A stretch of DNA of 64,000 nucleotides. Origin: Octopus vulgaris. Taxonomy: Eukaryota. Below, one piece after another: positions 55,525 to 64,000 of the stretch (the first letter of the stretch is position 1; every line of letters starts with the position of its first letter). The notes under the pieces are model-generated. The model ran no database searches and was not told the DNA's origin. It worked only from the letters and a program-made list of their open reading frames with translations. The DNA is taken from the NCBI GenBank assembly GCA_951406725.2, contig OX597822.1, positions 108,004,001 through 108,068,000 on the forward strand. The letters run 5' to 3'. A program made the position numbers and the translations under genes.

Positions 55525-56038
55525 CATAAGTACAAACACAGATATATATTCATATATATATATCTGGAGAGAGAGAAGCTGGCTATACGAAATCATACAC
55601 ACACCTACATGCACACACCCACACATACACACAAAAGCATATGAACCCCTCGTTTAAATATGGATTATGATAATTGTTATTCATCCAATAAAATTCATTT
55701 AGTCATTGTGAGTTACTGGTTTGAAAACAGTTACAACTATCTCCTACCCAAACATACTTTGTCCTAGATAATCTAATTAATTTCAAGTGTTATGGTACCG
55801 GGAGCCACATGCGTTGCTGCATTTCTGCTGCATAGCTTCAGAGACGGAGTGTCTCATGTATAAGATGCTCGATCGCTTGTGAAGGATGGATTATTCAGTT
55901 AAATTCAGCTTTAATCCTTCTGTGTTTTCTTTAGTAGAACGGGATTAAGAACAATTTCATTCTCCAACGCGCACCACCACAAACGGACATCATCCAAATA
56001 TATATGTATGTATGTGTATATCTGTGTTTGTGTGAATA

Positions 56039-56096
<58 letters not shown>

Positions 56097-56327
56097 CGTA
56101 TATATATATACACACACATACATATACGTATATATATGTATGTGATATATGAGTATATATATATATATATTCATACTTCACATATATATATACGTATATG
56201 TATGTATGCATATATATATATAAATATATGTATATGTATGTATATATATATATACATACATATATGTATATATATGTATGTGAAGTATATATATATACGT
56301 ATATGTATATATATATATATATATATG

Positions 56328-56363
<36 letters not shown>

Positions 56364-57424
56364 CATATACATATATATATGTATGTGAAGTATGAATATA
56401 AGTATATACATATATATGTGTGTATGTGTATATACATGTATATATGTATGTGTATGCGTGTGTGCATGTGTGCGTGTGTGTTTATGTAACACATTGGTTG
56501 AGTGGAAAAAGCTTTACCCGGAATCACATAGTTTTGGTTTCATTCCCATGATGTGGCAACTTGAGCAAGTGCTTTCTGCAATAGTCAGGAACCGACTGAA
56601 GGTATGTGAGTGGATTAAGTGCTCGAAAACTGAAGCAAGCTTTCTTAAATGTATACATATATATCATTATATTCAACGGTAAAACCTATATACGATTTTA
56701 TCAAGTAGCTAGCATGTAAAAAAAAAAACATTTAGGTAAAATTTAATACAAAGTATTTACTTTTATAAGTATAATTATAAAATTATAAGGACGACTAGAC
56801 TTAACTTGTATATATATGTGAACATTAGTATATGCACCGTGGATACATTGTGTTCGTATGGTATGTATAAATGTTTCAAATTATGGACTTTCGGATATTT
56901 CATACCTAGGAGAGTAAAGCGTATTATATCCCTAAACCTGAAATCAATCTCTGGCTATACTTTAAAAAGAAATTTTTTTCTGCATTCCCTCGCTATCAGC
57001 CCGTGTCTCTGTGATAAATAATGTAGTTTTAGAGCCAGTTAGCGTCTTCTTTTACCACGTGGCATTACTCAATAGTTGCCCTTATAATTTTATAATTACA
57101 TTTATAAAATTAAATACTTTGAGTGAGAAAACGGTATGGACGGATTTTTGGAGTCCAATAATACCCTGTACACCTATTTGATTATGAAGATTTACAAACA
57201 TACTTTCTCAGTGATACTCAGTTTACCTACCATTATAAATAATACCAAATGTTTTTTCTCAGATCTTTCACGATGTGATACAAGTCTTTGGTCTAGCAAT
57301 TGCATGCGGCTGAAGAGGGCTTTAAACTATCTGTTATGTCAATTATACATTGATGTAAGAATAAGTTGTTTTATAAAGCTCGAAACATGTGTACTGCGTC
57401 ATCCTTTGTGTTCTGTTTTTTATT

Positions 57425-57485
<61 letters not shown>

Positions 57486-57616
57486 TGTATATATGTATGT
57501 ATGTATGTATGTATATATGTTTATATATACATATATATATATATATATAATTATATACTTAAAAGTGAGTGGACAAACGTAAAAGGTACACACAAGCAAT
57601 ATATTGGGAGTTACCT

Positions 57617-57762
57617 GTATGAATCATAACAGTTTTATTCAAATTCGCTGGTACTCTTGAGTTTCAAGCGCGATCCTTTTCGTCATCTATAGCTGACGAT
57701 TAGCATCACGCTTGAAACTCAAGAGTACTAACCAATTTGAATAAAACTGTTTTGTTCCATAC
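57617..57762. repeat. Imperfect ~145 bp palindrome with back-to-back hammerhead motifs
   Basis: AACAGTTTTATTCAAATT...GTACTCTTGAGTTTCAAGCG pairs with CGCTTGAAACTCAAGAGTAC...AATTTGAATAAAACTGTT; centre CTATAG. Confidence 0.85.
57690..57730 (+). ncRNA. Type I hammerhead ribozyme with canonical CUGACGA core, right arm of a palindrome
   Basis: TAG-CTGACGA-tt-AGC-atcac-GCT-t-GAAA-CTC-AA-GAG-TA-CTA; a mirror copy on the minus strand has ATGACGA. Confidence 0.65.
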
Positions 57763-58612
57763 ACACACACACATATATATGCATATATACATGTGTGTGT
57801 TTGTTTGTGTGGCGTGTGTTTTTTCTGTATGCGTGTATATGTGTGTATGTGTGTATGTCTTCTACCACTGCTTGGCAACGTGTGTTGTCGTTTTAACGTG
57901 CATGCAACTCAAAGTGATCGATAGAATAAGAACCAAGATTTAAATATAAATACTGCGGTCAATTTCTTTCACTAAACACTTCAAGGAAGTTCCCCAATAT
58001 AGTTGCAGTCCTTAAACAAGTAAAAGATAAATCTGACGCTGTATCGTAAGAAAGAAGCAAATATTACTTCCTTACACACAATATATTGTCTAACTTCGAA
58101 AGAAAAGTCTACAAGCAGAACTGAAATGTCGCATTTTAATTCTGCTTGTAGCTTTGCTTGTGACGGTGCAACTTTTTTAATTATATACAAATTAGCTTCT
58201 TATATGTCACTGATATCAGCGACCAGACGAAGCAGGGGAGAGTAGCTTGCATATTTTAATGTTTCGTGGAAACTCTTGTTATATAATGATGCTGTATATG
58301 TTATAGTGAACACTATAGGATGCAACAAATATGTTTGTATTCACAAAATTGTTGAGGTTTATATTCCAATCTTGGAGTTCTGTCAACTTCTCTGCACCTT
58401 GAAATATCCACGAATACACTCCTTAAACACATACAGTCACAGGCGCACGCATATGCATAGATACATATACGTATATATATGTATGTGAAGTATGAATATA
58501 TATATATATATATACATATACTCATATATCATATGTACATTCACATATACATCTTTCTCTTTCTCTCTCTATCTGTAGATATGTATTATATTTATATAAT
58601 ATATACATATGT

Positions 58613-58644
<32 letters not shown>

Positions 58645-58686
58645 GTATACATATATGCATTCATATATATATATGTATATATATAA

Positions 58687-58743
<57 letters not shown>

Positions 58744-58770
58744 CTTTATTTAAAGCAGCAGAAAATTCAA

Positions 58771-58820
58771 CAAAACCTGTTACTCTGAGTTTCCCGTTGC
58801 CGTTCATCGGACAGTTTTTG
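58771..58820 (-). ncRNA. Type I hammerhead-like ribozyme (CCGAUGA core variant) in an ~80 bp insert between (TA)n tracts
   Basis: Minus strand reads CAAAAa-CTGT-CCGATGA-A-CG-GCAA-CG-G-GAAA-CTC-A-GAG-TA-ACAG-gTTTTG; stem I has 9 pairs with one mismatch, stem II has a GCAA tetraloop. Confidence 0.72.
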
Positions 58821-59011
58821 CTATATATATATATAAATAGGTAGAATATCTCTGTAAGTGATGAAAATAGTAATTATACTGAGATTTAATGCTTATCGCC
58901 ACTTCACCCAGGCCGTTCCGTAGACAACGCCAGTAGTAACGTCAGTTTATACGGAACAGCCATGTTCAGTTGGTGATACACATTACTTACACAAACACAC
59001 ACACACACACA

Positions 59012-59097
<86 letters not shown>

Positions 59098-60969
59098 TCC
59101 TTCTACTAAATCGATTTATAAATCTTTTCAGATGAGCGAATGTCGAAACGTCTGGAGATGAAAATTTACATTATATATGAAATTCCGTATTGAAACCGTT
59201 CAGCAGAGAAACCTAAACAGTTTTATATATACGTAACAGGCATGAGAACAATTAAAAGAAACGAAGAACAGAAAAAAAAATATTCATTGCTAAGATCAAT
59301 AAGTTTTATAAACATACGAAGCAATGGTAGTAACATTTTGGAAATAACGCGAAAAATTTTTATTTGGATGGATACAATTTAGATGCAAAAGTACACGTAC
59401 ACCTTTACGTACTGATAGATGCAAATCGCATTTACCTTCCCATATAAATACGTGATATTTCTATATTTTTACTAATAATGCCTTTTACTAGCCTTTTTCT
59501 AATAATGTCACCAAAATAGATCCCAGTCAATTATCAAACTCTCCGTTAGTAAGACAACTCGTAGAGATATTTTAAGGTACAAAGAGACGTGAAATTAAAT
59601 TGTATAGAGAACATTGTCTAGAACATTTGGAAAAATGTGGTGTGACATTTTCTGAACGGTGTATATTTATAAATAAACGAGAAAATAAAAATTTGCAAAC
59701 TAGATGTGTATTAAAAACATTGTATATTTGCTTTTTATACACCTGAGGTTATATACAATTACTGTTTATAATAACATACTGGTTGAAATGTTAAGCGTGT
59801 CGATCTTATCGCAATTTTTCTCACAAAAAGTAAAATATATGTTTATACACTCTCAAGTACAAAATATAAAATCTTATAACTATTACAATTATGTATTCAT
59901 GCGTGTGTACTTTCATAATATAATATTAACATATATGCAAATCTTTTATTTCTGTTTCCCTACTTATTTTGCTGTACATAATCTCCTGTCTACCCCTCAC
60001 TTTCTCCATCTATTTCTCCTTGTTTTCTCTTCTTTAAGTTCTTTTTCAACTCATTTTACTTTCAATTTTCCATCTATTTCTCTTTCACACCTCCTACATT
60101 TTCTATATATTAATCTACATTTTCGTCTGCTGAAGGACTAGCTTCCAAAACATTTTTTCCCCTTTCTTTTAAGTGTTACGCTAATAAAATATTTCTGAAA
60201 ACTTGTCTCTCCTATGTTGTGTGCTTTTGGTTTTGCGTTTATTGCTTTCATAATGTATCTTTAATGTATACATTGGACACTTATTTCTATTTGAATGTTT
60301 CTTGTACTGTACAATGAGTGCGTATGTATGGATGAAGAAATAAATATTTCCTGTTCGCATACTAGAAAGTAAATTAAACTCGAAGAAACATCGCTTCTTT
60401 GAAAGTATTAAAAACTGTTAAAGATGGGTTGATATAAGCTTTGCGATATTACGCATAATGTAGGATTGTTTAATCCAGTTCAATTTAGGCTGGATTTTAT
60501 GAAATACAAGTAGACGCAGGTTTTATTGGTTTTAATCTCTAATTATAAATACGAGCATGAGCATCAATTCCGTCTGTAAAGAATCGGCATATTCACAAAT
60601 TCTGTGGCTTTTTTTTGTTCCTTAAACAAGAGTGACTACCATCTCAGCAGAATTCATACCGGAAAGAACTCATCACTACAAAATATCCTTGCGCTGATAC
60701 AGATACACGTTTATGTTACGCACAAACCCAGAACAAGATCTATTTGTGGAAGAGAGCGACAAGGCTAGGCAGCATTTGTCATAATTTGAAATTGAAGGAG
60801 ATGTATAGGAACTGAAATTATTGCAAATGACTTACGGCTACTCATGTGACAAAGTGTTTGACAGAATGACTGGAAATTCAGATATCAGCTGGTAAGATGT
60901 ATCTGTATTGCAAGAATTACTGGACAAAAGAGTTGAAGGCAAATCAGTGGTGTATGAGTACATTAACAT

Positions 60970-61034
<65 letters not shown>

Positions 61035-62932
61035 CACACATACACACAAATGTATATTTCAATTGTTTTAGTCAATGCTAAATGGCCGCCAATTTCTATT
61101 TAGAAGTGTATGTCACCATATAGTATGTTGATATTAATGTATATATATTTGACAGGCAAATTGCAGTGGTTTGAGTACGAGATGACATCTATTGTTAACG
61201 TAAATGATTACTCGTATAAAACACTGTTTTTCACATTTGATACACGACCAAATATTTACCTAACTATTTTCTTTAAAATATATTTTCATTTTACTTGTAA
61301 TTTTCGTTTTCTTATTTTTCATATAAACAACAACATATTTCACTTACTTGGTTGTATATGGAAACAAATAATGGTGTTTTCTATAAATAAAGCCAAAATA
61401 TTATTTGGTGCTAAGCGAAAACTACAGCTAAAATGTATCTCAGGAAACACAACAACGCCGCTTCATGTGACTGCTACCTCCTACGTTTAATTCTGGCAAA
61501 TATTCATGATTTCCGTACGCAGTGGTGCAGTTACTGCACACAGTCAAATATATTGCTTGCTATCGTTGCGTGAAGAATTGCATTTTGCCAGCTACATTTA
61601 TCTACCAAGTCTCTTTCAAATCAAACCCCGTAGATCTTCACATCTTATATATACTGAAGGAAGTTTGATTTGTGGCTAAAGACAACTATTCAGATTATAC
61701 TTTAGTTTCCTGATAAATTATTTGCGAATTATCTTCATAAGACAAAGAAATGGTGTGTGTGTGTGTGTGTGTTTGTATGTACGTATATATATATATATAT
61801 ATATATATAATAGAAACAGGTTTCAAAGAATAAAGGCTACACGTTGTATAAATAGGAGACAAATAAAAAGAAAGAAAATGTACACTTGGTATGAAAATAA
61901 TGGACATTTTAAAAAATAAAAACAAAGATATATACATAAAAATACATGATTAGTTGCGGCAACAACTATGTAGGCCAAATGCGAATGTCCCTTAGACGAA
62001 AATTAACATTTCATAAATCCGCTTCCCACAATATAGAGAGGTAAAGGTCAGTGAGCACATAGATAGATGCGCTAGGAACATTAAACCAAGTTTCGTAATT
62101 TTTCCCTTTTTATCGGTGTTGGTTTGTTTACCTCTCCGTAACTTAGCCGTTCAGCGTACGAACCAATGCAGTAAATACTAGATAAAAAAGCCAATCTGGG
62201 ATGGATTTCTTCGACCAAATCACTTCAAACCGGTACTCCAGCTTTGCCAAAGTGCGCTGATACAAGCAAAAGAAAAATATATGAATTCCGCCTAATATAT
62301 TTGTTTATACAATTAAAGAATATTTCAAATATATGCAAAGCCTCTGTAGTTACAAAGACTCCCACATCGCCAAGAATCTATGCTATATGTTTAAGCAACA
62401 TAATACGAATGTGTACTTCTTATAATTCCACGCAGATACTGGAGAGAAGTTCTCAAAATAATAAAATAAATCTCAAGCCTAAAGGCATCTTTATGTTTTC
62501 TGTCCTTCTCTGTATGAACAGCAACCAGTTTGGAGTGTATTAGAAAATAAATAAACATCTTTGATATTGTTATATTTCCCTTTATCCTTGTATAGTTTGA
62601 TAAATGAAACTGAAACAAGCTATTTACTTATAAGTCGAGAGGAGTGTTATGTAGAGAGAAACAGAAATAATAAAGGATGGAGTAATTAATTTCCTCTGGT
62701 TACGTTTTTCTTGTATTTATTGAGTGTCTACGAAAAGTTTTAGGTATTGCCAACTTTATTGTATGTCTTGAGCTTATCTATGTTTTGACACTAAGATTCT
62801 AAACTATATTACATTCATTACAGACTAATAGATGACATCGACATTGCTAACCATTTTGGAATAAAGTGTTGAAAACGTGTGTTGCGCCCGAGTTGCCTTT
62901 TTTCTTTGGGTTCTGCTTATCAAAGTCTGAAA

Positions 62933-63112
62933 ATCATCATCATCATCCTCCTCCTCCTCCTCCTCCTCATCATCATCATCATCACCGTCGCCGCCACCAC
63001 AACCACTACCACGACGACGACGACGACGACGACGACATCGACAACGACGACGACGACCACCACCAACACCAACACCAACAACAACACCACCACCATCACC
63101 ATCACCATCAGC
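62933..63112. repeat. Compound trinucleotide microsatellite (CAT, CCT, CAC, GAC, CAA)
   Basis: Read directly from the sequence. Confidence 0.9.
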
Positions 63113-64000
63113 ATTATTGGTTTTCTCTTAATCCGCACGTTTCTCTTAATCCGCACGTTTGGTGTAATCGCCAGCAGGGGGACACATTTGGCCCCCTATT
63201 ACAAATCAAGATTAGGAAATGCTGAAATGTAAGTGAAAGCTTGGGGCGGGAAAGTGGGGAAGGCAGTATAGAAATAATTTCATATAACAGAACACAAACA
63301 TTTAAAATGATAATGGTATTTCTATGGACGTAGACTGTACATGTTAGCACACTCTTTTGGATTACTATGAGATATGGTTCTCCTGGGATGTCGTCTAGAC
63401 GTTTCTGATATTCCTCGCTTATAATATCCTATTGTATTTCAATTTCCAGGCACTTATATTTACTAAGTAAATTTCTTTTTAGACATAAATATTTTTTGAG
63501 ATGTAAATTTCTTTTCGGATATAAATTCCTTTTCAGATGTACTTTAATCAGTTACCATATTAGTCTACAACTAATTTCTTGCCTGTCTCTAATAATTGTT
63601 TAGTCAAATATCCTGGTTCTTCCTGTCACTGTTGACTGGAAAATTGCGGAGTATTGTGACATTTTTACCTTCGACTACTGGTGTAGGATGATATTCTATC
63701 AGTTCGTAGGAGTGTCGATTTTCTAGTGTTTATATACGCACATACTATACTTCTTGGAAATTATTGTATTTGGTTGGTACCCGCGCATGATATGCCGGCC
63801 CAAGATCAGCTGTTGTTTTATTAATTGTAGCACAGAATCTGCATTTACGTGCACTATTACTTTGGAGAAAATTAGCCAGCTAATCTCTGTACACAAGATT
63901 TGATATTATGCCACCTGAATGTTACCTACAGTTTCTGCTTTCAATCCTGAACACATTGACCATTATTATTAATATTATTATTATTATTATTGGTATTATC

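Noticed and set aside
59121-59160. CAGATGA-GCGAATGTC-GAAACGTC hammerhead-like string
   Set aside because: Core mutated and stem II weak; kept only as a possible decayed copy
60127-60155. CTGCTGA-AGGA...TCC-AAAAC hammerhead-like string
   Set aside because: Both halves of the core deviate and there is no convincing stem I or III

Overview
AT-rich, microsatellite-saturated eukaryotic non-coding DNA. It is most likely intergenic or intronic sequence from an octopus or other cephalopod; this is inferred from the two tRNA-derived SINE families and the repeat landscape. No host protein-coding exon can be supported, and nearly all listed ORFs are microsatellite or SINE artefacts. The centrepiece is a near-intact ~5.8 kb Penelope-like retroelement (20676-26511). 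It has an RT and a C-terminal GIY-YIG endonuclease, two single-base frameshifts, two long Asn-rich inserts and near-identical direct pseudo-LTRs. It sits in a (TA)n tract and carries a type I hammerhead ribozyme with an unusually long stem II. At least five more hammerhead or hammerhead-like motifs from unrelated sequence families occur in short inserts, mostly between microsatellites. Two are back-to-back palindromic pairs (1857-1982, 57617-57762). Two unrelated motifs share the same non-canonical core (CCGAUGA with A.G closing stem II). Also present: DD41D, DD37D-like and mariner transposase relics, TA-flanked MITEs, non-autonomous Helitrons, an R4/Dong-type LINE 3' end in (TAA)n, a SINE array nested in its own family, and a ~72 bp CA-rich minisatellite with a 288 bp higher-order repeat.
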